Shown here: positions 42,111 through 56,412 of the stretch, piece by piece
How positions within the stretch are numbered: position 1 is the first letter of the stretch
Layout: every line of letters starts with the position of its first letter
From: the human T2T-CHM13v2.0 reference genome, Homo sapiens
Strand: one strand, 5' to 3'
DNA: 64,000 bases
Assembly: GCF_009914755.1 (NCBI RefSeq)
Contig: NC_060937.1
Program-made: the position numbers and the translations under genes
Notes under the pieces: model-generated
Seen by the model: only the letters and a program-made list of their open reading frames with translations
Database searches by the model: none
What the model was told of the DNA's origin: nothing

Positions 42111-44699
42111 GGAGACGGTCCCTCTGTCCTTTGAGGAAAAAAATACACAAAGTGTCTGCTGCCTACTGTCTCATCCAATCCATCTAACTGATATTCTTCA
42201 ATTCTAAAATCCCCTCATTGGCAAACTACTTTTCAGTTGCATGCAGTTATTTATTTATTTTAGTTTTAAATATTGGAGGAAAAATATTGATTATTCATTT
42301 TAAGTAATTAATAGAAATGTATAGAAGATATGGTAGTAGTCTATGTAAAGTAGTCAATCTAAAGAACACATAAACTGGAGATGTATTTAAAGTTATACTG
42401 GGCAACTTTCATATGGGTATGGTTTGAGGATTATCTGAGCCCTTTGGGTGAAACTCATTTTCTCTATGGAATCTTTCAGTACCTGAATTTTTTCCAGTAA
42501 AATAACTCTTTGAGTTTCAAATGACTTTTCATAAATAAACTGTAGATCACCCTCCATAAGACACATGTCTTATTACCATACATACAATATTTTACTGGGA
42601 GTAGCAATTCCATAAACCCAACAAGGCTCAAGACCAATATGAACAACAGAAGTCAATACTTAGGCAAGGCAGGTAGAGCTAGGATCAGAACAAGCGCCTT
42701 TAGGTGGAAGTCAGGGTAGATGGGAAAAACAGATACAAACTGTAATTTGTCATTTGTATGACCTGTATCTAGTCCAGGATATTACACTTTATCTGTAATC
42801 AAGTAAGAAAAATAAGGATAAATCTGATGTTTGGGAAAGTGCAGAGAGTTTATTTTACCTTTGTTTTTATCCATAGGACCACCTTTATTATCATTTTTTC
42901 ATTGTATAATTCCTGAGGGTAAAGATAAAATCATAAAATCAGGCTTCTGAAATTTGAAACTAATTTTAGATTTTTGTTTTCCATTTAAACACTAATGTTG
43001 AAAAGCAGACCACTGCTCTGCACCCCAGTGATCCAAAGACTTAGTCTGTCATCTTTAAATGCTTTTCCTTACTTACCAGAGACCTTTAATAGGTTTGGGT
43101 TGGGTCATTTTATTTCTCATTCTGTTAATAGATTATCTTTATACTTCTTCCTCTGTGATAATTAATAAATAATATTTTGCTCTTTTTGAATGGTACACCT
43201 TTATATGTTTAGAATATATACCATCTATATGCTTGACATTTGGGGGATCTCGTCTAATTTTCAAAGGAAGAAGAAAAATCTGGCTTGCAGGGTGTTTAGA
43301 GTACGGTGATGACAGCCTTTATGCCAATTTCACAAGCATTGCAGCCTGAATCATAGGCTGTACTATAAACGGCAGCATATGGCTGGAGAGTCATAGCAGC
43401 AGGATAACGTGGTAGTGCCCAGATCACAGCTGTAGGCACATAAAGAAAGTTTTGATGCTGGTATCCATATCCCTCCTTCTCATCAACAACAAAAAGGATG
43501 ACTACTTAAGATTCTGTTGTCTTAAAGGCTTTATTAAGTTATTGCCCAAGGTAGGAAAGGGATATTATTGTCTACATATGTTTGCCAGAATCATGCAGCT
43601 TCTCTATTCTGGCTTTCCGAGCAGGTGTCTCTTTAAGTACTTATTCTAAATGGAACACAACTGGGCGACATCAGAAAGGGCACTGTTGACAACTGTCATA
43701 GCAGGTTCCAGCTTGAATGGTAACTGAGCAGAAGGTATCTCTCCAGAGTACTTCAGATCATCCTAAAAGCAGCATCATTTCCACCAGGAACCCAGCTTCT
43801 ACCAGAAAAGAGTGCTGGGAAATGGTGCTTCTGGTAAAATCTGATCTCCTCAGTGGAAATGCTCTATCCCACCAGATTTCGCATAGAAAATAGCTACAAG
43901 GCAATTAAAGGAATGCCGATTTTAAAGGCAAAAATATAATGTTTAGAGGAAGCACATAATGCAGACAGATGTTAATAATGTTAAGTGAAAATTTGCTAAA
44001 TATTTTTTCATACCTGTTGTATCCCTTAAAACACTTTAAAGCCCTTTCGTAAGTGAAAAGAAACACTAAAATGTTCAATTGTTTAATTAGACATATAAAA
44101 GATTAATTTACCAGATAAGAGAAATGATGTTTTCAAGGTATAGTTTCAGGTTATTGATAGTTTGTTATTGTCTTGCATTTTAATTCTTGTTAGTTTGGAG
44201 TTTTGTTGTTGTTGCTGTTATTGTTGCTGTCACTGACCATAAGAAAATGGGAGAATTATGTTCAGATGCTGAAATTCAGGAGCCAATTTAAATGATAATT
44301 TTCAGATAGATCTTGTAAGGTATTTAGGGTAAAGTAACTCTGCAAACCAAATACAAAAAAAAAACAAACACTGATTTTTCTCCTTGCTTAGGATTATCCA
44401 TCTGCAAAATAAAAGCAATTGCAATTTCTGCATGACTGCAAGAAAAATAGATACTATTCCTTAGTATGCTATTTTACAAGTTTCTTAAAGGTACCTATTG
44501 TGCAGATATATGTGTTTAAAAAGTAAAATTTATTATGAGACATTCACATATGCTCCTATTTTAGTTTTTCTACATAGACTACAAAATATAATTATTCAGA
44601 CTTCTTTTGTAGAAGTATGTGAATTATAGATCAGAGATTTATGTAAGGATTTATATATGGATTGCTTCTTTTCTTAGTTTATGCTACTATCTTCTATAA

Positions 44700-45010
44700 G
44701 AATATATATATTATATATAATTGTATAATATGTTGTTTCATAAGAATACATAAATATACATATGTAACTGTATATAAATGTATATGATTTTTGGCCTTAA
44801 CTTCATATATATGTACATAAATGTATGTATATATGTGTATATATATGAATATGAATGTATGTATATATGTATATTTATATATGCATATGTATGAAGTTAT
44901 TAAGGCCAAAATCATGTATATATTTACATACAGTTACATAGATATATATGTACTGTTATATAAAGTTATGAAGGCCAAAAATCTTATACATTTGTATTTA
45001 TAAAGAACAT
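44700..45010. repeat. AT-rich low-complexity region forming an imperfect palindrome
   Basis: tatgtaactgtat...gatttttggccttaacttcata pairs with tatgaagttattaaggccaaaatc...atacagttacata. Confidence 0.85.
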
Positions 45011-45429
45011 ACATTTTATTTATAAGGAACAACACAAAATTATCTTTTATTCTAATGTTGAATATCCATATTTGGGTAGCAAAGAAAGACATGACGTTTT
45101 GTTTTGTTTCGACAAGTTATAAGTGTTGAGTTCAGAAAAAATATCAGTATCAGAGCAAAGAGGTGAAATCCAAGACAAAAATGAAACAAAAACCTTGGAG
45201 TTTTCACTTCTTTGAGGGTTATCAACCTGGAATGCATGCAAAGATGGAGCCTAGGCAAACCTTCTCATAATTATGTTTTTCCATTACTTTAGTAACTGAA
45301 TGCCCTTGTATAAATTCCAATGAAACCTTGCATCACATTTCATTGAGAAAATAAAAGACATTTGAAACTCCTTCATATTTTATCCAAAGTCTGTAAATCT
45401 ACATGGTTCTGAATCTATTGTTTCTATTA

Positions 45430-46095
45430 CCTTATTCATTATAAACAGTGAAGATATCTGTCTTCCTATTAAAAATTCATATGACTATCTGTGATCTAGA
45501 GCCCATTCCCTTTGTTCCACCTTATGTTTTCTCAAAGGCTTCTTTCTCCTGAATCTTCAGCATTCTTCTCTAATAGAATATTACAACAACATACAAATAT
45601 TCTATAGTGACTCTCATTTTAAGATAAAACAGCCAAATCCACATCTCCTTCAAGATCTCTACTTTCTCTTCTCTCATTCATGTCCAAAATTCTTGAAACA
45701 GCCACCTATTCTGATCATATCCCCACCTTACAACTCCAAACACTACATTTCTAAGACCACCAATAACCTCTGTGTCTGTCAAATCACAAACACTTTTCTG
45801 TGCTCATTTTATAAGATTTGACTATGTTGTACTTGAATCTCTCTCCTTCTTTTTTGTCTCTTGCCTATCCCTCTTTTTTCTCTTTAGCTTTGCCCACTCC
45901 ACCATCTGCTATTTACCTTCTCCTATCCCTCCACCTTTTTCTTTCTTTCCTATCTAATTCTTTATTTAACTACTGACTGATGAAATTTCTCATAGCTCAG
46001 TGCTCAATACTTTTCTGTTCTCAAGGTGATATATTTTATTCCCATTGTTTCAAATACTATTTATGTAGCAATGACACTAACTTAAATTATCCATC

Positions 46096-46145
<50 letters not shown>

Positions 46146-46746
46146 ATCACTTCTGATCCTTCCATCAACTTGTTCCTTATTTCACTTCTTGATCTCAATG
46201 AAGGCAAAACTCGTTTTCATTTACTCATGTTCCCAAACTGGGGGACATTCTTAATGCCTCTATCTCCCACACCACCCCCATTCAATCCATCCAGAGATGA
46301 TCTTCATCACACACACACGTACACACAAATGACTCCATCCAAGTCTAAGTCCATTTCCCACAAGACAAACAAGGTAATCTTGTAAAAGTATAATGGGATT
46401 ATGCACTCCTCTACCTAAAATGGTTTTTCATCTAAAATCAGATAAAGATTTATTATCTTGGCCAATTTCTACAATTTCTAACCAATTTAATCTCTGCCCT
46501 GTGTTCTAGAAATTTTTATCTATCCTTCAGATCACAATTTGAATATTACTTCCTATAAGATACTTCTTGATTTGATATAAAATTGGTCCCTTTACCCTTT
46601 CTCATATGTTTTTATTTTTCCATTACAATCCTTATCACAATTTATAATCATATCTTCCTTTGCATGCTCACTTATTTAAAATTCTATCAATTGCTAATTT
46701 TTAGGATTCATAAAAATTTTGTTTTTTCCTGTTTTTTTCTTTGTTT

Positions 46747-46779
<33 letters not shown>

Positions 46780-46845
46780 ATCCTACTCCTTGCTTAGTAC
46801 TTGGCACCCAGTAGGAGCTTATAAATATTTGTCAAATAAACAAAT
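45430..46845 (+). mobile_element. Long L2 fragment through to the 3' terminus
   Basis: Pyrimidine-rich L2 body; ends agtacttggcacccagtaggagcttataaatatttgtcaaataaa. Confidence 0.7.
46097..46144. repeat. (CTAT)12 / GATA tetranucleotide STR
   Basis: Direct reading. Confidence 0.97.
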
Positions 46846-47172
46846 ATCTTAACTAAACCTTTTAAGTAGTAAAGACCATTAGTGTGAACGTTTGTATAAA
46901 TCTACAATGAAGTAAACAAAAAATACATAAAAACATGCATGCTGATTCCAAGCTGTTTTATAAGCTATATTCATTTTATCATAGTCAGCCTTTGTGCAAT
47001 GCTTATTAAAGTAAGCGCCATGTGTTTTTCCATAAAATCTATTTTAAACGTGTACTATATTCTACATGTTATAGCTATTAACAGAATACACAAATAAACA
47101 GAATATATACTGTCCATAAAGACATTTACAGAATATAATAAAATAAGACTAAGCATGAAATAGTAAAAGGTA

Positions 47173-47534
<362 letters not shown>

Positions 47535-47948
47535 TCATTATTTACTATAATTACTTATCTGAAATTTGATTCAATTTAAACTTATTGAATTATTACATCT
47601 TATTAGATCCTATTAATTATACAATTTCCAGCAAAAAGAAAAAAAGTATTTGATTAACTAATTATTTAAATTCTTGCTATTTCATAAAGTAAAACTCTTT
47701 ACTTATTGGATGCAACCTATGTTTATACACTTTCCTGATTTCTCACAATGTCATTTGCAAACATTGTTAAATACTTAAAATAATGCTTATTAAAAATGTT
47801 ATTAAATACATAAAATATTATTAAATACTGAAGAGCAAAGTTGAAAATTAACGTATCCCTAAAATTTATCACACAGGTAAAATTTATAACAGAAAATTAC
47901 TCTAAGAGTAACTTATTTACCAGTAACACAAATATAAAATTAAATAAT

Positions 47949-48359
47949 TGATATTGTTTGGATATTGGTCCCCCGCCCAAATCTCATGTTGAATTGTAAT
48001 CACCAATGCTGGAGGTAGGGTCTAGTGAGAGGTGTTTGGATCATGGGGGCGGATCCCTCATGGCTTGATGCTGTCTTCATGATAGTGAGTTCTCCTGAGA
48101 TCTGCTCCTTTAAAGGCATGTGGCACCCCTGCCCCACTCACTCTCTCTCTTGCTCCTGCTTTCACAATGTGAAGTGCCTGCTCCGGCTTCGCCTTCCACC
48201 GTGAGTAAAAGTTATCTGAGGTCTCCCTAGAAACCGAGCGATGTCAGCCCCATGCTTGTACAGCCTGCAGTGAGTGCTTGAGCCAGTTAAACCTCTTTTC
48301 TTTATAAATTACCCAGTCTCAGGTATTTCTTTATAGCAATGCATAAATGGCCTGATACA
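47949..48359 (+). mobile_element. MST-family (MSTA/B) MaLR solo LTR
   Basis: tgatattgtttgg...caaatctcatgttgaattgtaat...cctgataca; 5-bp TSD ataat / ataac. Confidence 0.9.
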
Positions 48360-49107
48360 ATAACCAATCCCTTATATCCGCTACTATAAAATATATGTTT
48401 GCCTATAGAACGCACTTCCAAGAAACACTAAAAAGTCATAATTACACCAAGTATGTAAAAGTAGGCATAGGCAAGTATTTGAATATAAGAGCTACATTAT
48501 AATCCAATATTTGGTTATAAAGGTAGGACTAAAAATAGTTAAATTTGTTAAATATGTGAAAACTGTCTTCAAGCCCTACCTACCCCGGGTTCTCCTGGAA
48601 TGAGGATCACTCCACCTACTCATCTCATCTACCAAGTCTTCCTCTCAGAAATGTCTTAGATAATTTCTGCCACCTCTGTCGAAACTAACTTGTTCAGGGT
48701 AGGACTCCCCTGAAACCCTACCTTGTAAACAAACAGTGACTCCACATTCTTTAATCAGAAATTCTGGAAAAAGAGAAAACAACACCTGGATTCTTCAATC
48801 TCGCTGGCAACATTTGTTTCTTAATTTCAAACAGAATAATTTTATAAATGTATTTTTCAAAATAATAATGTTGATTCTTGGTCTTGACTTACATTCAAAT
48901 TTACTCTATGTTCTATGACTTCAAGAGTGAAATTTTCATTAGGCCTTTAAATTTGAAGATGTTATTAGAGAAAAAATGTAGCTTAATGGAAAAAGACAAA
49001 GCTTCTTTATGTTTGTCAAGTAAAATGTTTATAAAAGTTCTGAGAAATGGGGCAGTTCACCTATAGGGGAGTCCCACTCAGTGTAGAAGCTCATAGTTAG
49101 GAATCAA

Positions 49108-49280
49108 ATAGAAGAATAGCTAATGGATGCTAAGCTTAATACTTAAGTGATAAGTTGATCTGTGCAGCAAATCACCACGGCAGACGTTTACCTATGTAAA
49201 AAAACCTGCACGTCCTGCACGTGTACCCCAGAACTTAACACAAACTAGAAGTTAAAGAAGAAAAATGAATAAAAATAATA
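49108..49280 (+). mobile_element. L1P(A/B) 3' end
   Basis: gaagaatagctaatggatgc...tttacctatgtaa..aaacctgcac..cctgcac.tgtacccc. Confidence 0.88.
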
Positions 49281-49691
49281 AATGAGATTAGGCATTTGGC
49301 ACATAAAAAAATTTAAAAATTAAAAAAATAAAAAGTCACTTTGTAGAATGAAATTTGCCGATTACTTACAATGAAAGAATGCTTTGTTCCCCTTTACTAT
49401 CCATTAGAGTTGGGTCACTAAGAAAAAAAAGTTTTCATTTCCAATTCATGAAAAAGTGAGTGTGAAAAAAAATAAAAGGAGAAAACAGAAATGTAATTAG
49501 CCAAATATAAATAGTCTTTGGATTATTCACTGCTTTACTTTATCCTTTTGAGAAGGTAATTGGGAACTGATTATGTTCTCAGAATTACTGGAGATGCTGC
49601 AGATGGCTTTAAAAATATTCTCAAATTAAAACACAAGTATGTGTGTGCTCTGGCGACAGAAATCATAAAACTTTACTTCATAAACTCACTC

Positions 49692-49912
49692 TTTTTTAAA
49701 AAAAACTTTTATTTTAGGTTCAGGGCTACATGTGTAGGTTTCTTTTACAGGTAAACTCATTGCACAGGGGTTTGTTATACAGATTATTTTGTGACCGAGG
49801 AGGTGCTAAGCCTAGTACCCAATCGTTTTTTTTGTTTTTTTTTGTTTTTGTTTTTGTTTTTTGCTCCTCTCCCTTCTCCCACCCTCCACCCTCAGGCAGG
49901 CCCCAGTGTCAC
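49692..49912 (-). mobile_element. L1PA (older) 3' end, 5'-truncated
   Basis: aacttttattttaggttcaggg..acatgtg...ccaccctc...ggccccagtgt; TSD aaactcac(t/c)ctt. Confidence 0.88.
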
Positions 49913-50899
49913 AAACTCACCCTTATTTTCACTGAGATAATCCAATGAAAAATATTTTATTCTATTGAAAAGCTACTCTTTGTAAAAGTTCTCATCCTGA
50001 GCATTATATTCTAATAAATAACAACTAAACATACAAGAAAGAGATGCTCATAATCATAGACATTCTGCTATAATTTATATATCTTTTATTCATATTATAT
50101 AAATATTCACACCTAATTATAACATTCACAATTTTATGAAAACAGATGTAAATGAAATTGTAACTTTATCAAATATTAGACTAGGATGGAGGAAACCTCT
50201 TTACTACGTCAGATTCCAGTTACTGTAACACAAAACAGGGAAATTGCTCACCATATATTTCTTTAAAAATGGCTGGAATAACATTTGCCATCTACAAGGG
50301 TTTCCTTAACAATTACTTAAATCAGATATTTATGTACTGATGTAAATTGTCAGATGATTTTAAGATAGCTATAGTCTACATTTCCAAACCAACTTCATTT
50401 TTCCACCTCTTGAGTGTTTCCATAACAGATTTGCATGTGTTGCAATAGAAAAACACATACTGCCTGAGTGCTCTGATGATGTTACTTCTAGAGCCTTCCC
50501 TGGTACAGCTTGTTTTGACCTAGGACAAATCACTGAAACCATCTGGTCTTTGGCTTCTTCATTTTTAAAAGGGTAGAGGGAAATATTTGGATCTGATGAA
50601 TGCAAAAAATTTTTTTAAGATTCTAATGCTAAAATGGAATCTTACACATTGGTTAGTCCCAAGAAAGTAAATAACAGAAAGAAAATCTATCTACATATGA
50701 TGAATTGCAAAGGGAATAATTTAACTATAATTTCAATTTACTATCAACATGATTCCATTAAATGACTTTGACCATCATTTTCTCTTTTAGCAAAATAATT
50801 TACAAAAACATTTATAAAGGAGATACGTGTATATTTTCTTTCTGTTTTTAGGGGTCACTGGGCTTTTAATAATTTCCTATATGGTTTTCTAAGGACAAT

Positions 50900-51305
50900 T
50901 TTAAAACTTTGTTTATATGTGTGGACCCCCCATCTCAATCTCCCTGTTCCCATTGCATTGGCTGTCTCCCAGTTCTTCTAAAATCCATAGGAATCCTTGC
51001 CTTAGGTTACTTGCACTTGCTGTTATTTCTGCCTAATAAACTCCTTCTACTAATTATTGCTTGCCTGGATCATTTGGAACACAATTCAGCTCTCATCCTC
51101 CATTAAATTGTACCTCACTGGCCTAGCCATCACTGTCTGTTATAGTCTCTACTATTATTCCTCAATATTTACCTTTTCCATGGTTCCTATTGCAAGATAA
51201 AATTCTTTTATGCTCAACCTTGACAAGAATATATATTCTTTCTGTCTTCTTTACTACAGTGCCAAGATCAATCCCTGGCAATAAATCCTGTCTTTGTTGA
51301 ATGAA
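50900..51305 (+). mobile_element. L2 fragment
   Basis: ttgcacttgctgttatttctgcct...ccctggca...tgttgaatgaat. Confidence 0.6.
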
Positions 51306-52006
51306 TAGGAAAGTACCTTTGGGCATGTGTAGCCTGTAAGCTACATTATTATTAAAATATTAATTTAAAATTTATTCAAACTTAAGCAGTTATGATTATG
51401 TTACATATTTAAATTGTTTCCATAATTTGACCCATGAATAAGTAACTATTCCTAGTATAGTACATTGTATATACAGTTAAATGCTTACACATGTTCTTTT
51501 TTTCTCTTAAAGGTTATTTGAAATTTCAGATGGTAACAAGCTTGGAATTGTCTTTTTCTTCAGCTATGGACTGTATCAAAGTTTATGGGCTATAACTGTA
51601 TTTTGGTTTCTGTCAGGCATCAGGATAGCTCATTTGCATGACTGGTACAAAATTTACTTATTCAGTGAATCATGCTCAGCTGCTGTACTGTTCAATCTGT
51701 AATAATAACTGCAGGGTGACTGACTAACGATAACTAATCTTCTCTCAACTACAAAAGCATGTAAATTAGTAAAATAAATGTTTAGTTGTGTATGTGTGTG
51801 TGTTTGCATGTTGGAGTTGGGGTGGATTATGCTCTTCAATTTCAATGCAACGCTGCACACCCTTAATCAATCTGGAGAAAAAAATGTGCAGAAAAATGAC
51901 AGTCAATCCTAGCCACAAATCAGTAGTCATTATATCCATTCTCTTAGCCATGAATATGACATAAAACTTTATAAATGAATACATTGTCTATTTTTTAGTG
52001 GTGAGG

Positions 52007-52376
52007 TGTATTAGTCTGTTCTCACGCTACTATAAAGAGCTGCCAGAGACTGGGTAATTAATTTTAAAAAAGGTTAAATGACTCATAGTTCTGCATGGCT
52101 GGGGAGGCCTCAGGAAACTTATAATCATGGTGGAAGGGGAAGCAAACATGTCTTCTTCACATGGCAGCAGGAAGGAAAAGTGCTGATCAAAGGGGGAAAA
52201 GACCCTTATAAAACCATCAGATCTCATGAGATTTCACTCACTATCACAAGAACAGCATGGGAGTAACTGGCTTCATGATTCAATTACCTCCCACCATGTC
52301 CCTCCCATGACAGTGGGGATAATGAGAACTACAATTCAAGATGAGATTTGGGTGGGGACACAGGCAAACCATATCA
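52007..52376 (-). mobile_element. THE1 (C/D-like) MaLR solo LTR
   Basis: tgtattagtctgttctcac...caattcaagatgagatttgggtggggacaca..caaaccatatca. Confidence 0.92.
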
Positions 52377-52859
52377 TAAAGTCTCTTCATCACATCACCC
52401 AAAGTAGAAACTGAAGCATTTCCTGCATCTTCTTGGCACCCTTATGAATTAATGATCATGACAAAACAAATGCAACTGAATAATCTGTTTTTCACTGGGA
52501 TATGGAATTCAGTATAACTTGAAGTTACCTTTAAACTGTGGTATTAGAAATAAGCAAAGTCCAAATACTAGATAGTTCATTTACACAATTGAAGAGGAGA
52601 AGAATGACATAGATATAGCTACTTGTTTTATTTAGGAATATAATTAGCTAAACATCTTATTAATACTTCTATAGCAGACTTTCAATAATGATTTTCCAAC
52701 AGATTTTAGGGTACTAAAACCATGATGATTTGAGATGTTTAAAAATAGATAGGAAGATATTTTCAATTCCACTGTATATTAACCTACATACTGCTACACA
52801 AGATGATTGTTTCATTTTCAATAATTTTTAAAGTGTTTAAAATAAAATGAAAACAAACA

Positions 52860-53165
52860 TACAACTGAATAAAATGGAAAAATGAACCACAGAGAATAGA
52901 TATAGTGTGGTTCCATTACTATAGTATCTATGTATATATAATAAATAGGCATATATCATACACATTCCAGATGATGTTTATGATATATTACCTATATCAC
53001 AGATAGAAAAATTGAGGAAATAATTCAAACTAAACTGTTAATTGAGACTACTTGCAAAAATGGCATTTGAGAGGGCAGAGATTTGATTTTTAATTTTCAA
53101 ATGTTAGTTTTACTTAAATTTATTACAATGAATGTGTATGTTCTTATAATTTAAAAGTAAATAAA
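52860..53165 (+). mobile_element. Ancient L1ME-like 3' end
   Basis: aaactgttaa...tttattacaatgaatgtgtat...aataaaa. Confidence 0.45.
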
Positions 53166-53902
53166 ATTGGCTCTGATTTAGATTTTGGATGTTTCCATTT
53201 TATTTATTCAATATATGCTTTGTAATATGTATATTTTGAGCTTCTTGGAAGCATTCAAAATAGAGTTATTTTAACAATTTCAAGGCTAAATAAACACTGC
53301 TATTTTTCTTCAGCATCCATGTGAAATGTCTGTAGAGCCCAGCTTCCTTGCCTGTTTATAAACACTCAGAGGACCCTGGTGTGATCAGTGGCATCATTAC
53401 ATTACTGCTTAATAGCACATGCTGTTGATACATTAATTGTGTTATTGACTATTTTAAAAGTTTATGACCTCATCTGCATTCCAGTTTGACCTTGTTTTGC
53501 ACTTTTTGAGTGAATTGCCACATTCAACAACCTACGTAATGTAATATGTATTATATTAATAAATTTATAAAATGAAATGAAGAGCTAGCTGATACGCACC
53601 TCATTTTTTTAATCAACTAAGTCATTGTTAGGTAGACTCTATATTATGAAGAATTGCATAATTGCAAAACTGTGATGGTACAGCTTCATGATTAGAAAAG
53701 ATATTCCAATTTTTTTGTAATTTTATTTTAAATAATAATTATCAGATGAACAGGCTGGGAGATATTCTTATGGTTTTAAGCAAGGGAAATGGCTCTTAAC
53801 TTCATATAAATGTCTTATTTGAAAATGTCAAATGGATTCAGAATGTTCTCCTTGACACCATAAATAACTATTCAAAATAATATTTTAAGTGGAAATTTTA
53901 AT

Positions 53903-54170
53903 AATTTAGTTTATTTTTTGTTTTTATTTTTTGAGACAGGGTCTTTGTCTGTTTCCCAGGCTGGAGTGCAGTGCTAGAATTATAGCTTATTGAGCTCAAT
54001 AAGTTCTTGGGCTCAAGTGATCCTCCTGCCTCAGCTTCCCTGGTAGATGGAACTAAAGTGTGTGGCACTATGGTCAGCTAATATTTATTTACTTATTGTA
54101 GAGACAGGGCCTGACTATATTGTCCAGGCTGTTCCCAAACTCCTGGGCTCAAGAGATCCTTGCACCTTGG
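53903..54170 (-). mobile_element. AluJ, diverged, 5'-truncated
   Basis: gagacagggtct...cttgggctcaagtgatcctcctg; TSD-like ggaa(a/c)tttta. Confidence 0.88.
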
Positions 54171-54699
54171 GAACTTTTATTTCTAAAACCCAAGTAAAGT
54201 CTTTACTTCCTAAGAAATGAAAGTTGACTGGGAAATATTTCTTAGTTAATTGAGGCCATAGAAATTTGTTCAGGATTGCAATATGAAAAATTAAACCTTG
54301 TATTTTACAGGTAATCTTTTAACACGTAGTCTGATGTTTACATAACAAAATATCACTTTTGGCATGTTTGCCAGTTTCCCTTCCTTTTCTACTCTCAGAA
54401 CTCTAAGGAAAATGGAAACAACAGCTCCTTATGCTATTTATCCTCACTAAGCACAAAATAGCATGTTTGTGAATTTTACATTCTAAGAGAAGTTGGACAA
54501 GGTGTTACATTCCATAGCAGAAAGGATGACACAGACTTTGGGATATTTATTGAATTTTCATTATTGGAGAGTATTGCTATATAAGGTTGTGATTGCTTAG
54601 ATAGTTTAGAAAGTGGAACACACAAAGTATTTCCCAGACGGAATGTAAATAAAGGAATCTGGAAATAATACAAATGAAAGAATGAGGAAATAATTAGTG

Positions 54700-54880
54700 G
54701 AAATTAGAATTTCAGAGTTTGATTCAATAGGGACAGTCATCTATTCTTATTTATTTTTATTGATGAAGAAATGAACGTCTAGAACTATTAGATGACTTGT
54801 TCACAGCTTCTGAATTCATAGGTAGTGCAATGGTGATGTTAAACTAAGAGGTCTTGCTACTCTTTATCCAGAGCGTTATT
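54700..54880 (-). mobile_element. MIR fragment
   Basis: tttttattgatgaagaaatgaa..ctaga...tgacttgttcacag. Confidence 0.55.
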
Positions 54881-56412
54881 ACTGATTGCGATTACAGAAG
54901 ACTATGGAAAGCCAATGAAGACAACCAGATGATGTGCAAAGTTGCTAACACATGAAGGAGATGTAATTTCTTTCATATGTTAGAAATTTCATATTAGAGA
55001 TATTCATGTTATAGATACTCACATGCAGCAAACTTGTTTGGAGCACAACATATACACTAAGTGACAACTGGGACTACTAACAGAATAGGTGAGTCTAAGA
55101 GAAGGGATTTTGGGGGCAGGAATTAAAGATTTACACTCCATTCCCAATCATGGTGAATAAGTATTGGAATAAATATTATATATGTTACAAATCATGAATT
55201 CATTGTGATTTCAATTAATATAATGTGGAGTAGCTGGGATGTGGAATATTTTAAAAGTCATTTTATAGATAAGTTTATGGTTATCACTCATTAAATTAGC
55301 TAGAAATATTTTCCACATCTGGCCCACCAAAATCCCAAATGACCTTATGAAGTTAGAAAGTCACATCACTATTAGGAATAGAAAAGTTCCTTCACACAGA
55401 GATTGTAGCCATTAAATGTACTAAAATTTAATTTCATCTTTCCAACGATTTGCTTCCTATGCTCATACAAATACAATTATTTGAGAAACAGAATAAAATG
55501 TATTCCTCAACTAATTTTATCAAGTAATGAATGTCACTTCCTGATTGTAGAAATAGCACTTTATGAAATTACTCCATGATCCCAAGTCTTTTTTTCACTC
55601 AACCTCTTTACCAGGAAGACTTTCATCTCAGCTTCAGCTCTAAATCACTTTATTCATGAATAATGAACTAACGATCCTGTGTACTTGTGAATTATTTTAG
55701 ATATCTAAATTATTGTTAAAATTTACATTCTCACTTTATGTGACAGAATGTCTAATTGAATATGCACTTGGTATAGCAGCCACTTCCTCAGACTCTCAGA
55801 GAATATTAAAGAACAGGGTGAGGTATTAGCAAAACGGGAACATAAAAAATTGAACAAAAAGGTATATTTCCTCACACTAACAGCATTTTTACCTGCACTG
55901 TAGAACAATTAAGAATTACTATTCTGCTAAGTGCCTAGGCCATTTTCTTAGAAGAAACAAATAAGCACTCTGTAACAGCACATTTCAAAGACTGATAATA
56001 AAATTTTCAGTGCATAGCAGTATAATAAATGTATCATTAACTCTTTGTAACTAACAAAGATATTTAAGATGGAAGAAAAAATGTTTTGGGTTTCTTCGTT
56101 TTGTTTTTCTGTAATTATCTGCAAAATTTTTAAAGCCTTAGCAAATTTTAATAATAGTCCAGTGAATGACCCCATTAATCTAAAGGCTAAACTGGATGAA
56201 GCCTAAATAATCATCTTGTATGTCTTTATATCTTGAGTGCTAAACAGAATAAAGTTCTACAACTTGGAATATTTTAAACAATTATAAGCAACAAACTCCA
56301 AGCATTAGCTATGCCTGGATTGGTGAAAACTTGAGTGACAGTACTTGTTAATACAGTTCATCATCTCCCTCTCTTTCCTTTGCTCAAAAGAATATAACAT
56401 TTTTCATACTCT

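Noticed and set aside
43306-43349. C box (GTGATGA) and D box (CTGA) suggesting a C/D snoRNA
   Set aside because: Only ~44 nt long, with no terminal stem or recognisable rRNA guide
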